Below, piece after piece: positions 11,947-22,968 of a stretch of DNA of 64,000 nucleotides (position 1 is its first letter; each line of letters opens with the position of its first letter). Origin of the DNA: Rebecca billardiae RCC1528 (Eukaryota > Protista > Haptophyta). Both the position numbers and the translations under genes were made by a program. The stretch lies in the NCBI GenBank assembly GCA_965240325.2, contig OZ251222.1, forward strand, positions 2,666,001 through 2,730,000. The letters are read 5' to 3'. The notes beneath the pieces were generated by a model. That model was not told the origin of the DNA. It searched no databases and worked only from the letters and a program-made list of their open reading frames with translations.

Positions 11947-12624
11947 ATGTCGCGGCGACGCGTCCTGTGCTTCGGCGACTCCCTGACAGCCGGCTTCCTG
12001 CGCGGTGGGCGGGATTTCCACCCGTACTCGTCGAGGTTGCAGGCACTCCTTGGAGATGACCTCGTGTGGCGCATCGACCACGTCGGCTTGTCTGGCTGGA
12101 CGACGACCCAGATGGTCGACGAGATGGACTCGCCCCGAGTGGTCGACGTGTGCGGTATCGAGTGGGCGGGCGGGCTGAGCGCCCAGCTGAGAGCTGCTGC
12201 GACGGCCATGGTCATCATACTGGCCGGCACCAACGACCTCGCCGACGTGATGCGCCAGGGTAGCTCCCTCCACGCGGAGGGTGTCCAACGCGTCGTCTCG
12301 CAGCTCGGCGTGCTCCACGACGAGGCGCGTGCGGCTGGCTGCACCACAGTCGCTCTGACCGTGCCAGAGCACCCAGCGGAGGTCACAGTGCCGGACCTGC
12401 GCCGAGTCCGCGAGCGCATCAACGCCGGAATCGACGGGCTGCGCGCTGAGGGGCGCGTTTCCTTGGTCGTGGATGTGGCGGCAGGTCTGCCCCATTCTGA
12501 CGCGTCCCTGTGGGATGACGGCCTGCACCTCAGCGCGAGTGGCTACGACCGCCTTGGCGAGCTGGTGTACGAGGGCACCTGCGAGCTGTTCCAAGCCCCT
12601 GCCTCCGCCTCTGCTGCTCCATGA
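11947..12624 (+). CDS. SGNH/GDSL hydrolase (esterase/acetylesterase), 225 aa
   Basis: All four SGNH blocks present: FGDSLTAG, GLSGWTT, LAGTNDL, DDGLHLS. ATG at 11947. Confidence 0.9.
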   Translation: MSRRRVLCFGDSLTAGFLRGGRDFHPYSSRLQALLGDDLVWRIDHVGLSGWTTTQMVDEMDSPRVVDVCGIEWAGGLSAQLRAAATAMVIILAGTNDLADVMRQGSSLHAEGVQRVVSQLGVLHDEARAAGCTTVALTVPEHPAEVTVPDLRRVRERINAGIDGLRAEGRVSLVVDVAAGLPHSDASLWDDGLHLSASGYDRLGELVYEGTCELFQAPASASAAP

Positions 12625-12677
12625 TCACGGCTCTCCCTGTCGTCGTCACTGCTATATATATCTATATAATATATATA

Positions 12678-13166
12678 TGTCTAGCCGTCCTCGTGAACGC
12701 CGACGCCAACTGCTGGCCGAAGGTGGGCACGCCGCCTGGCATGTCGATGCCGAGGCGGCTGCGTGTGTTCCTACTCAGTGGGATTTACGTGTCCTCATGC
12801 CTTGGCGAGCGGCAGCAGATGCGGTGGGCATGCCGCTCGCCGTCGACGAGACGCGGTGCGTGAGTGATCGCCGAAAGATGTTGGTCGGTGCACGCGACGC
12901 GCCACCCGCGTGCGAGCCGCCGCCGCCGGCGACGCAGGGCCACGAGCCCGGCTGCAGCCATCTCGCGCGCCCGCGCCTGGCGAAGCAGCCAGGGGGCGCC
13001 GGAAACAGCAGATCTCCGCGGCGACAAACCCGGACAGACTGTTTGTCCGGGAGCAGCGCTTTGAGGCGATGGTCTGGTAGAGGGCGATGTGGCTGATGAG
13101 CGGCGCTGGCGCCCGGCGTTCTTGTCGTCCTCTTAGACAATCAGTTATTGTACCAATAACCCCACA
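12678..13166. mobile_element. Solo-LTR-like element (TGT...ACA, 489 bp) inserted in TA-rich microsatellite
   Basis: Begins TGT at 12678 and ends ACA at 13166, with TATA on both flanks. Subterminal hairpin GTTATTG-TAC-CAATAAC then CCCACA; this end motif is shared with 13644-14189. Confidence 0.4.
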
Positions 13167-13170
13167 TATA

Positions 13171-14189
<1,019 letters not shown>

Positions 14190-14328
14190 TATACCGCCGG
14201 TATATATCCGCATTGACCGCGTGCTCGTCATCATCATGATGCGGTTCCAATGAGAACTGGCAGCTGTCAGCTGAGCTGTCCGAAACCCGCGTGCTCAGGC
14301 AGATGTATACAATGCTGATTTATCACTA

Positions 14329-15525
14329 TCAGTGGCCAGCACCACTTCTGGGCTGCCCCGTGGCCGTGCCCGCACCGGCGGCCGTGTGAGGCGTGCATAT
14401 GCTCGCGGCCAGCCTCCGCTTGAGGTGGCGCGAGTAGGCCACGTTGCCTGTGAGCACCGCCTGCGGGCAATCCCTGCCTCGCCGCGGAGCGGGCCGGTCG
14501 CACGCGCGCGCGAGCCGCTCGTTGGCCTCTCGCAGCTGCTGCAGCTCCGCTCGTGCGTGCTGCGGCAGGGACTCCCACTGCCGCCTGAAGCGCGAAGCGG
14601 CCGCCGCGTACAGCTCGGCGTCGAGCCGGTTGATGTTGCGCACGCGCCCCTTCTGCGCCGCGCTGAAGGGCACGTACCGACTCTCGGTGCCCGCCGCGTC
14701 CTTGAAGCGCCGCACCGCGAGCTCCTGCAGCGCGACCGAGCGGTTGAGCGTGTGGCGCAGCAGCAGCAGCCCCTCCTCCATCTGCTCCGTCAGCAGCACG
14801 AGCTCGAGCTCGGCCAGCGTGGAGGAGACCCACTGCCGTACAGCGCGCGCGTCCCGCTCCGAGACCTGGTGCCGCCGCGCGTAGTGCTTCCACCCGAGGT
14901 ACTGCGCCTGCGGGTTGTACGCGAACTTGATGCCGCCGTGGCCCCTTGACTGGAGAGCGTCCAAGAAGCGGTCCACGTTCCGGCCGTACTTGTCGCGCGC
15001 GCCTGCGGTGAACCAGTTGTACGCGCTCTGCAGGTGCGACGCCGGCTCGCGCAGCACGGTCATCACGAACGTGCGCTGCCCGCTGGGCCGATCGACGGCG
15101 GCATGCATCGGCTCCGCGTGGTAGCTCCCATGGTTGACGATGAGGTCAGCCCGCGTCTGCCGGACGGTGCGGCGCTGCCCGTCGAGGTTGCAGTTGAAGC
15201 GCGCAGTGTCGCGCACCGTGCGCCCCTTGAAGTCGAGGACGACGTCGTTTTCGGGGAGCAGGAACGTCAGGTTGCGCCAATCGCCGAGGCGGTGCATCAC
15301 GTTCGTCATCGTCGAGCCCGCGGTCTTGGGTACCTTGACCATGATCAGCGGCGGCAGCGGCGGGAGCGCGGCAAGGCGGCTGCGGGTGGGCGCATCCAGC
15401 AAGAAGCCGTCTGCACCACCCAGCGGCCCTGGATCGTGCCGCTCCTGGGGCACGGGCGGGTGCTCCGCCTCGCAGACGCCCAGCGCCGCGATGCACAGCC
15501 ACAGTCTTTTCATCGGGGCCGCCAT
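14329..15525 (-). CDS. Galactose-3-O-sulfotransferase family protein, secretory (398 aa)
   Basis: Signal peptide MKRLWLCIAALGVCEA; 5'-PSB motif MVKVPKTAGSTM; 3'-PB motif TVLREPASHLQSAY; family-typical LVLLTEQMEEGLLLLRH and NRLDAELY. Confidence 0.85.
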   Translation of the reverse strand: MAAPMKRLWLCIAALGVCEAEHPPVPQERHDPGPLGGADGFLLDAPTRSRLAALPPLPPLIMVKVPKTAGSTMTNVMHRLGDWRNLTFLLPENDVVLDFKGRTVRDTARFNCNLDGQRRTVRQTRADLIVNHGSYHAEPMHAAVDRPSGQRTFVMTVLREPASHLQSAYNWFTAGARDKYGRNVDRFLDALQSRGHGGIKFAYNPQAQYLGWKHYARRHQVSERDARAVRQWVSSTLAELELVLLTEQMEEGLLLLRHTLNRSVALQELAVRRFKDAAGTESRYVPFSAAQKGRVRNINRLDAELYAAAASRFRRQWESLPQHARAELQQLREANERLARACDRPAPRRGRDCPQAVLTGNVAYSRHLKRRLAASICTPHTAAGAGTATGQPRSGAGH

Positions 15526-15605
15526 CGTGCCCTGCGGCTGGGCTTGGCGCTATCGACAAAAGTGCGACGCCGCGCGAGCTCCGTGCTCGATCCCGTGTCG
15601 ACGCC

Positions 15606-16526
15606 ATGCAGCGCTCGCCGGTTCGGCATGCGCTGCCGCCCTCGCGCGCGACCATCCTCGCGTTGCTCCTCCGATGCAGCGCAGGTGCCCTCGAGCACCA
15701 CGGGACAGACCTGCTCTGCGATCCCTTCACGAGTGGCGGGCACGAGCTCACGCTCGGCACGACGTGCACAGCGCCAGAGGCTCCTGCCGGGGCGCCGGCA
15801 GAGCCCTTCCCCACCGGGGCGGAGTGCAAGCTGGCCATCCTCTCTGGAGGCATGGCCCGCTCGGGAAGCACGATGCAGCACAGCCTGCTGCTCTCGGCGC
15901 TGAAGGCGCTGCGGGTTCACGTCAAGATGAACAAATACTGGAACTGGCACTGGCACAGGGCAAAGGTCATGTCGCGCGCAGAGATGGAGTCGACGCTGCG
16001 GCACGCCAAGCACAGCATCAACGCGCTCGACAGAAAAGACGTGGTCGTGATGAAGTCGCACGACTTCGATCCGAGGATGCTGCGGCTCTGCAAGTCCTAC
16101 CTCGCGTTCACAACGCACAGGCACCCCGAGGAGATGCTGATCTCGGCTGCGGGCGCGTTCAACGGCCACCTGTTCCAGGAGCACGATGCCGTGCACTTCC
16201 TGCAAGTCGCCACGGACCGGCAGACGTGCTGGCGCAGATATGCGGCCGAGGACACGTCCAACGCGGAGATGCGCGCCAACGTGAGCGCCGTCTTCCACCG
16301 CTACGTCGAGAAGATCGGCATCGCGCTGCACGGAGACGAGTACACGCGCCACCTCGTCGGGCCGGTCGAGATGGAGAGCATCCTGCACGCAGCAGTGGGC
16401 AACCCGAGCAGCGCGCACAAGCCGCGTGTCGCGGGAGGGCCCAGCAGGCACGTGCGCAAGCGCCTCTTCTGCAAGTTCAGGGCATGGTACCTGTCTTACG
16501 GCTACTTGCCAAAGCCAGCAGACTGA
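15606..16526 (+). CDS. Sulfotransferase-fold protein, secretory (306 aa)
   Basis: N-terminal hydrophobic leader; PSB-like GGMARSGST, VVMKSH, and 3'-PB-like THRHPEEMLIS. Confidence 0.7.
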   Translation: MQRSPVRHALPPSRATILALLLRCSAGALEHHGTDLLCDPFTSGGHELTLGTTCTAPEAPAGAPAEPFPTGAECKLAILSGGMARSGSTMQHSLLLSALKALRVHVKMNKYWNWHWHRAKVMSRAEMESTLRHAKHSINALDRKDVVVMKSHDFDPRMLRLCKSYLAFTTHRHPEEMLISAAGAFNGHLFQEHDAVHFLQVATDRQTCWRRYAAEDTSNAEMRANVSAVFHRYVEKIGIALHGDEYTRHLVGPVEMESILHAAVGNPSSAHKPRVAGGPSRHVRKRLFCKFRAWYLSYGYLPKPAD

Positions 16527-16780
16527 TCACCGCAACCGTGCTGAGCCGGTCCGAGCGTACCCGGTTCGTCCGTTGCCGAACGTCGCCGACCACAGCCTGG
16601 GAGTGTCGCGATCACGTCGATCAGCACGCTGAGTGCTGTAGTAACATGCTGATGATATGATGCGCATTGTTTGCGAAGCCGCCTGTGGGTGTCCGTAACC
16701 TAGACCGTACTCCGTAGTGTCGGACTGGCAGCGCGGGGGCGCTGTCGCCGCCCGTCAGACACGGGCCGCGCGGACGACTT

Positions 16781-18904
16781 TTACGACTGCTGCTGTAGTA
16801 GTTCGTCAGCATGGTCCACGCGCTGCCGCTTGTAGTTGGCCGTGAGCTGGGCCGCCATCTCGACTGCAAGCGCCTCCATCAGCTCGAACGCCTCCTCCGG
16901 CTCGGTGCGCTTGAATGCTGCCCACTTCTTCTGCTTCACGATGACCCCAATGTGCACCTTGGCCAGGCGCCGCACTCCCTGCACCAAGCGCGCAGACCCG
17001 CCCGCCGCCTTGGCGTGCTGCAGCAGGTCGAGGCAGTTCTCCACGTCGAGCCCGGCGAGCAGCGCGTCCTCACACCGGCGCACGATGCCGGCGAGCACGT
17101 CCATCTTTGCCGCTTCGTCGAAGACCACGTCGGGCGGCGGCTGCAGCTTGTTCGCGAGCCGCAGCATCTCGAGCGCCATCGAGGGATCGGTCGGGAGCGG
17201 CGCCACGCCCGCCGAGTGCAGCTGGCGCAGCAGCGCCTCGTGCGCCGCCGAGGAGAAGTCGGGGTCGGCTGCAACCTCGCGCTTGGTGCCCTCCGACAGC
17301 CCGCCGCCCAGCTGGCGCTCGTAGTATCGCGAGTGCTGCGTCAGCAGCAGCCGGCTTGCACCCAGCTCGGTGCCGTCTGCACACTGCAGCACCACGTCGT
17401 GCTGGCGCGAGGGCGCGCCCACCGCGTCGGCCAGCGAGCAGAGCCTCGCGCGCAAGCCACTCGCCTCGGCGGCGCGTTCGGTCAGCCCTGAGCACGATTC
17501 TGCGAGCGTGGCCAGCGCTCTCGTCCTCACGTCACCCACCGAGCTCCCGAGCAGCTCGGCGAGGATGAACGCGGCCTTCTCGACGCACACGTCGTCCTCC
17601 GCGCAGTTGCAGTCCGCGTGCAGGGCGCTGCAGGTGTGCATGGCGTTCAGCAGGGCGATCACCAGCCCAGGCGTGGCAGCAAGAGCCCCGAGGTGCGCCG
17701 TGCAGTACGCGACCATATTGAACAGCGTGCTCGTGGCGTGATACATGGCCCTGCGCCCAGCGCACGTGCTCGTGCGCGGGCGCAGGAAGGGCACGAGCTG
17801 CTCGAGCACGCCCGCCTGCACGAGCTCGCTCGGATCGCGGACAATGCACTGCGAGAGCTTGAAGATCGCCATGAGCGCCCGCTCTCGAACGCGCACGTCG
17901 GGCACCTGCAAGAGTCGGGCCAGGGGCTGGATGGCGCCGTGCGCGACGATGCCCATGCGCTCGGACGAGGCGAGCGAGGACAGAGCCTCGACCGCCGCGC
18001 ACCGCACAAACTCGTCGTCGGAGCTCAGGAGGGCCACCAACCGCGGGATGGCGCCCGCCGCGGCGATCATCTGTCGTGTTTCGTCGGAGACATTCGCGAG
18101 CGAGTCGAGGGCGTCTGCCGCCATGCGCTGCATGACGCCGTGGTCAGAGTTGAGCAGCCTGACGAGCGGTGGGATCGCGCCAGCGTCGGCGATCGGCGCG
18201 CGCAGGCTGTCCGTCTGTGCGAGCCACTCGAGGGCGTCCGCCGCGTCGAAGAGGACGCCGCACTCCTCCGACCAGAGAAGGGCCACGAGCGGCGGGATGG
18301 CGCCTGCCTCCGCGATCGGCGTGCACAGCGTGTCCTCGCGCGCGAGCCAGCCGACCACATCTGCAGCCTTGCGCTGCAGGTCCTCGTCGCCGCGCTGCAG
18401 CAGCGCGACGAGCGAAGGGAGGGCGCCCGCCTCGGCGATCAACGGCCGCAGCGCGTCCGCATGGGCGAAGCGGGCGAGGGCATGCGCTGCCTCGCGGCAC
18501 TCGTCCTTGTCCTCAGCGCGCAGTAGCTGCACGAGCGGCGGGATGGCGCCCACGTCGACGATCGGCTCTGCAAGAAGCGTTGCGGCGCTCCAGGCGAGGC
18601 AGCCCAATGCACGGGCTGCAGCGACGTGCGCGTCGACACTGCTCCCCGGAGCAAGGAGCTGCACCAGACCCGGGAGAATGCTCGTTCGCAGCGCGTGCGC
18701 GTCCGCCGACGAGGCCACGTCGAGGGCGCCATCGACGTGCGCGCTGCAGAATGGGGCCAGCGCGGCAACAATTCGCTCGTGGTCATGCTCCTCTGCACTC
18801 AAAGCCCTGACGAGCTCGGCGACGGCCTCGGAGCCGCGCCGAACGTGCGCGCACTCGGACGCACGCGCGGTGGCCGCGGCGACGAGTGTTGAGGCTGGCG
18901 CCAT
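16781..18904 (-). CDS. Armadillo-repeat protein with C-terminal BTB/POZ domain (707 aa; ARIA/ABAP1-like architecture)
   Basis: Repeated IA(E/D)AGA(I/L)PPLVxLL ARM motifs; BTB start HDVVLQCADGTELGASRLLLTQHSRYY; BACK-like LDVENCLDLLQHA. ATG at 18904. Confidence 0.85.
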   Translation of the reverse strand: MAPASTLVAAATARASECAHVRRGSEAVAELVRALSAEEHDHERIVAALAPFCSAHVDGALDVASSADAHALRTSILPGLVQLLAPGSSVDAHVAAARALGCLAWSAATLLAEPIVDVGAIPPLVQLLRAEDKDECREAAHALARFAHADALRPLIAEAGALPSLVALLQRGDEDLQRKAADVVGWLAREDTLCTPIAEAGAIPPLVALLWSEECGVLFDAADALEWLAQTDSLRAPIADAGAIPPLVRLLNSDHGVMQRMAADALDSLANVSDETRQMIAAAGAIPRLVALLSSDDEFVRCAAVEALSSLASSERMGIVAHGAIQPLARLLQVPDVRVRERALMAIFKLSQCIVRDPSELVQAGVLEQLVPFLRPRTSTCAGRRAMYHATSTLFNMVAYCTAHLGALAATPGLVIALLNAMHTCSALHADCNCAEDDVCVEKAAFILAELLGSSVGDVRTRALATLAESCSGLTERAAEASGLRARLCSLADAVGAPSRQHDVVLQCADGTELGASRLLLTQHSRYYERQLGGGLSEGTKREVAADPDFSSAAHEALLRQLHSAGVAPLPTDPSMALEMLRLANKLQPPPDVVFDEAAKMDVLAGIVRRCEDALLAGLDVENCLDLLQHAKAAGGSARLVQGVRRLAKVHIGVIVKQKKWAAFKRTEPEEAFELMEALAVEMAAQLTANYKRQRVDHADELLQQQS

Positions 18905-19092
18905 ACAGGTGCGGGCTCGTGGACCACGCGGTGGCTCCCCTCGGCGGTCACGGCGCGTCCGAAGCCGTGTCTGAGTGTACCGCTCGCGCTTTAGCCAAAA
19001 ACGAGATGCCGATATGACACATGATTTACTAAGTGCACTTTTTAGATGATGGCGAAGTGGTTGAGCCTTCAATCACAGTATACAGTAAAGTA

Positions 19093-19418
19093 TTCTGGAA
19101 ACCCACGAGAACAAAGGCACGACTTCACGCTGGGGACCAGCCCGTCGCAACCCTTTATTTGACGCCCCCCTAACCCGTCTGTCTGTCTGTCTGTTTGTCG
19201 GTCACATAAGCGCAATTCGCGTACCCACTTACGCGCCCGATAGCAAAAAAACCGCTTCTGGAAACCCACGAGAACAAAGGCACGACTTCACGCTGGGGAC
19301 CAGCCCGTCGCAACCCTTTATTTGACGCCCCCCTAACCCGTCTGTCTGTCTGTCTGTTTGTCGGTCACATAAGCGCAATTCGCGTACCCACTTACGCGCC
19401 CGATAGCAAAAAAACCGC
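19093..19418. repeat. Direct tandem duplication, 2 x 163 bp
   Basis: 19093-19255 and 19256-19418 appear identical (TTCTGGAAACCC...AAAAAAACCGC). Confidence 0.95.
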
Positions 19419-20433
19419 TCGTCGTTCGGCGCTTTGCGTACTCACATTCGCGCGAATCGCATCGGCCCATTTCGTCGTGTCGCAAGTTCACACTTCACAT
19501 TCACACAAACCGTCACTTTCTCGCTAGACATTTCACGAGGGAAAGGGCGCGCTGATATTGGCACGCGGGTATCATCTTGCATTGGACTACGAGCATCGGA
19601 GCAACCTCGCGCGGCCTCGCGTCGACGACGTCCCGTGAAGAACGACAAGGCGGAGAGCCCACGCCATTCCAAGGGTCGCCCTTGCGTTGACGTCTCGTTC
19701 GGTCGCGCGACGAGCGGCTCGCGTGCGGCGCCAAGCGAGAGACGCGGGGCGCGCGGCGGGCGCACGCGCGAGGCTGCCCACCACGTGCACGCGCGCGAAC
19801 CCGCCGGCTCGGGCGACACGCCGCCGCCTCAGCTCGAGCACGAGCGCGAGGCGTGGCGCCGGCTCGGTGGGCGGCGGACGGCTCGACCTGCACTGCGGTG
19901 CCAGCGGATGAAGCGGCAAGCCCGGCGGGCGCATACGCGCAGGTCCGCCCTCCACGCGCGAGCGCGCGACTGCGTGTTCCACGAGCTGCAGCAGGCGGCC
20001 GCGGGCTGGTCGGCGGCCGGCGAGGTCGGCGGAGTGCCGCCCGGCCCGCGTTCTCGCTTGGGCGCGGGCCACACTCTCACTCACAGCGCGGGGCGTGGTG
20101 CTGCGGACGGGCCAGTCATTGCAGCGCGCACTCCGTGGTCAGACGTGCACACGCGCGCGCGTCGTCAGCCCCGCCGCTGCGCCCCTGTGGCGCCGTTGGC
20201 AGCGTCGGAATTCCGAGCTCGGGCTACCGGCCCGGCGTGCCATCATGCGTTTCAGAAACAGGTTTCCAGCCCAAGTTGACGCGCAGCGCCAACCCATATA
20301 TTACGTACTATTTTCATATTAATCAGTTGAGAGGGAGTATATGGGGTACTACTGAGCAGTTCAGTTTCAGCAACGGTGAGAGTTCGAACACTAATTCGGG
20401 GGGGGGCATTGCCAATTTCTTTGGCATTGCTTT
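19154..20433 (+). mobile_element. Putative non-autonomous Helentron-type element (HINE/DINE-1-like)
   Basis: T-rich start TTTATTT, then ACGCCCCCC and a (GTCT)n microsatellite. The 3' end has the complementary G-run GGGGGGCAT, hairpin GCATTGCCAA-TTTCT-TTGGCATTGC (20406-20430) and TTT. No convincing CDS inside. Confidence 0.45.
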
Positions 20434-20514
20434 CGGGAGCGTGTCCGGACGGCTGGATCGCGGGACGCCCTTAGTCCTGCTCGTCAGAACGATCGCCCGC
20501 TGCAAGCCGCCATC

Positions 20515-22584
20515 ATGACCGTTGACGACACGGGCCGCGCCGTCGCTGCTCCCACGCGCGCGGGCGGGGACGGCGCGCCGGGGGCGCCGCTGCTTCGGCT
20601 GCGCACGACTGAGCGCGTGCCGTCCGTCATCTACGCGGTCTTCGCCGCGGAGGGCTGGCTCGTCCTCGACGAGGGCGACGAGGCGAGCGGGTGGGAGCTG
20701 TGGTGGAAGAGCGGCCGCTTCCGCCCGTCGGATTACGCGTCGGTCGGTCAGGCGCAGCGGCTGAACCACTTCCCCAAGCTGAGTTCGATCACGCGCAAGG
20801 ACCTGCTCGCGCGCAGCCTGCGCCGCATGCGCGCCGTCCACGGCGCCGTCTTCGACTTTGCGCCCGAGACGTGGCACCTGCCCGCCGACTACACCAAGTT
20901 TGTCGCAGCGTACACGGCGGAGCGCGAGCGCGTCGAGGCGGAGCTCGTCGCCGAGGGCGCGCTGCCCGCGCGGGGCGCGCTGTCGGACCAGTCCGCCTCG
21001 CTGCTCAGCGAGCGGATGCCCGCGTGGATCTGCAAGCCCGCGGACGGCAGCCGCGGGCGCAAGATCTTTTTGATCCGCGACATCGGCGAGCTCGACTACG
21101 ACTGCCCGTACGTCGTGCAGCGGTACGTGGACAGGCCGCTGCTGCTCGGCGGGCGGAAGTTCGACCTGCGGCTGTACGTGCTCGTCACCTCGATGCGCCC
21201 GCTGCGCGCCTTCCTCTACCGCGACGGCCTCGTGCGGCTCGCGACCGCGCAGTACGACGCGTCCGACCGCGACAACGCGTACGTGCACCTCACCAACACG
21301 TCGATCAACAAGCACGCGCCCAGGGCACGCGCGGCGGGCGGGGGCGCGGGGGACGAGGCGGGCGCGTCCAACGCGCCCGACGCGCCCGACGCGCGCGCGC
21401 CCGAGTGCAAGCTGGCGCTCTCCTCGCTGCTCGCCGCCGAGCCCGAGCACCTCGCGTGCAGCGCGGCCGTGTGGGAGCGCATCCGCGCGCTGATCAGCCT
21501 CACCCTCCTCTCCGCCGCGCCCGACGTGCCGCCCTCCACCGCCTCGTGCTTCGAGCTGCTCGGCTTCGACATCCTGATCGACGCGTGCGGCAAGCCGTGG
21601 CTGATCGAGGTGAACTGCTCGCCCGCGCTCGGCGTGGACTCCGCCGCGGACGAGACCGTCAAGCCCTCGCTGCTGCGCGACGCGCTGCGCGTGCTCGACC
21701 TCGGAGCGGCGCTGAGCCGCGCGCGCGCGGATGGCGCGAGCAGCGCCGCCGGCGGCGGCGGCGGCCGGCGCTCGAGCCAGCCCAGGCGACGGCTGGAGGA
21801 GGCGACCTCGGCGAGCCGGCAGCGCGCCACCGCGCCCACCGCGCACACGACCCTGCGCGTGCACGCCGCCGCCGCGCTGTCGACTGGGCCGCGCGCGCTC
21901 CGGCGCGTGGCGAGCGAGCGGCGCGTGCGCGCCCCCAGCGCCGAGCGCGAGCGCTCTCGCTCGCGCGCGCGCTCCTTCTCTGCGTCGACGACGCGCGGCG
22001 CCCCGCCGGCGGCGCAGCCGGCGGGCGGCTTCGAGCTGCTCTTCCCGACCGACGCGCGCGCGGAGGCGCTCGCCGCCGAGCTCAGCGGCGCAGAGGACGG
22101 CCGCTCCGCCGACCTCCGGCCGCTGGTGCAGCTCGTGCGCAGGCGGCTGCAGGGAGGCGCGGCAGCGCGCGCGCGCGCGCCTGCGCACGGCGCGGGGCCC
22201 GCGCAAGTCGCAAGCGCGGCACGGCCGCCCTCGGGACCGTCGGCGCGGGCTGGCGCCACCGAGGCGGCGAACCGCGCCGAGGCAGCCGCCGCCATGACCG
22301 CTCGGCGCGCCTCCGCCTCCGCCGGCGACCACCCGCCGACGCAGGGCGACGGCGTGAGGCTGCCGCCGATCAAAGCGGCCGCGCCTAGCGGCGGCGCTGT
22401 GTCGCGCGGTGCCGCGGAGGCGCGAGCTCCGCCGCAGCCGCGCGCGCCCGTGCGCGCCGAGCGCTCGATGAAGCAGATGCGGCAGGACGTCGCGCTCGCA
22501 GAGACGGCCAACGCGCGCGCGCAGCAGTCGGTGACCAACCCCGCGCCGCTGCCGCATCGGCAGCTCCGCCACTACCAGCAATGA
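20515..22584 (+). CDS. TTLL2: Tubulin-tyrosine-ligase-like polyglutamylase, TTLL2-like (689 aa)
   Basis: LNHFPK..ITRKD.LAR.LRRMR, DYTKFVA.Y, WICKPADGSRGRKI, VVQRYV.RPLL, KFDLRLYVLVT, GLVRLAT, HLTNTSINK, FELLGFDILID, PWLIEVN.SP. Subfamily call rests on recalled similarity. Confidence 0.85.
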   Translation: MTVDDTGRAVAAPTRAGGDGAPGAPLLRLRTTERVPSVIYAVFAAEGWLVLDEGDEASGWELWWKSGRFRPSDYASVGQAQRLNHFPKLSSITRKDLLARSLRRMRAVHGAVFDFAPETWHLPADYTKFVAAYTAERERVEAELVAEGALPARGALSDQSASLLSERMPAWICKPADGSRGRKIFLIRDIGELDYDCPYVVQRYVDRPLLLGGRKFDLRLYVLVTSMRPLRAFLYRDGLVRLATAQYDASDRDNAYVHLTNTSINKHAPRARAAGGGAGDEAGASNAPDAPDARAPECKLALSSLLAAEPEHLACSAAVWERIRALISLTLLSAAPDVPPSTASCFELLGFDILIDACGKPWLIEVNCSPALGVDSAADETVKPSLLRDALRVLDLGAALSRARADGASSAAGGGGGRRSSQPRRRLEEATSASRQRATAPTAHTTLRVHAAAALSTGPRALRRVASERRVRAPSAERERSRSRARSFSASTTRGAPPAAQPAGGFELLFPTDARAEALAAELSGAEDGRSADLRPLVQLVRRRLQGGAAARARAPAHGAGPAQVASAARPPSGPSARAGATEAANRAEAAAAMTARRASASAGDHPPTQGDGVRLPPIKAAAPSGGAVSRGAAEARAPPQPRAPVRAERSMKQMRQDVALAETANARAQQSVTNPAPLPHRQLRHYQQ

Positions 22585-22690
22585 TGCGACGCGCTAGCTG
22601 CTACTGTACCGAGCTGGTCGGGCATGCAACGTATATGCTGTATACGTCGTCCATCTGCTCCGCTCGTCACGAGCCTTGGGAGTTATAGAC

Positions 22691-22739
22691 TATTATATAT
22701 TATTATTATTATCATTATTATTATTATTATTATTATTAT
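22691..22739. repeat. (TTA)n microsatellite
   Basis: Seen directly, between convergent genes. Confidence 0.9.
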
Positions 22740-22968
22740 CGACATTTTCTGAAAATAATTCGATCATCATCTGCTGCACGGGCCTCCGGTCCGGCTCGTC
22801 GGTCGTCCGGCCGGCCGCGGCTCGCCGGCTCCGCCTCCGGGCCCGGACGAAGCCCGGGCGCTCTGGTCTCCGCGTCACGTCACGACTCACGAGCCTAACT
22901 AATAATACGGTGGCACCGTAGTAGCACCACAGACAGTGCCACAGTCAGTTCGGACGTGTAAGTGTTGG

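Noticed and set aside
2035-12059. Very long plus-strand Arg/Ala-rich ORFs (2035..6231, 8838..12059 and others)
   Set aside because: Antisense shadows of real minus-strand genes in high-GC DNA; no domain motifs.
19670-19684. Palindrome CAAGGGTCGCCCTTG resembling a footprint
   Set aside because: The flanks (GCCATTC / CGTTGAC) show no 7-bp duplication.
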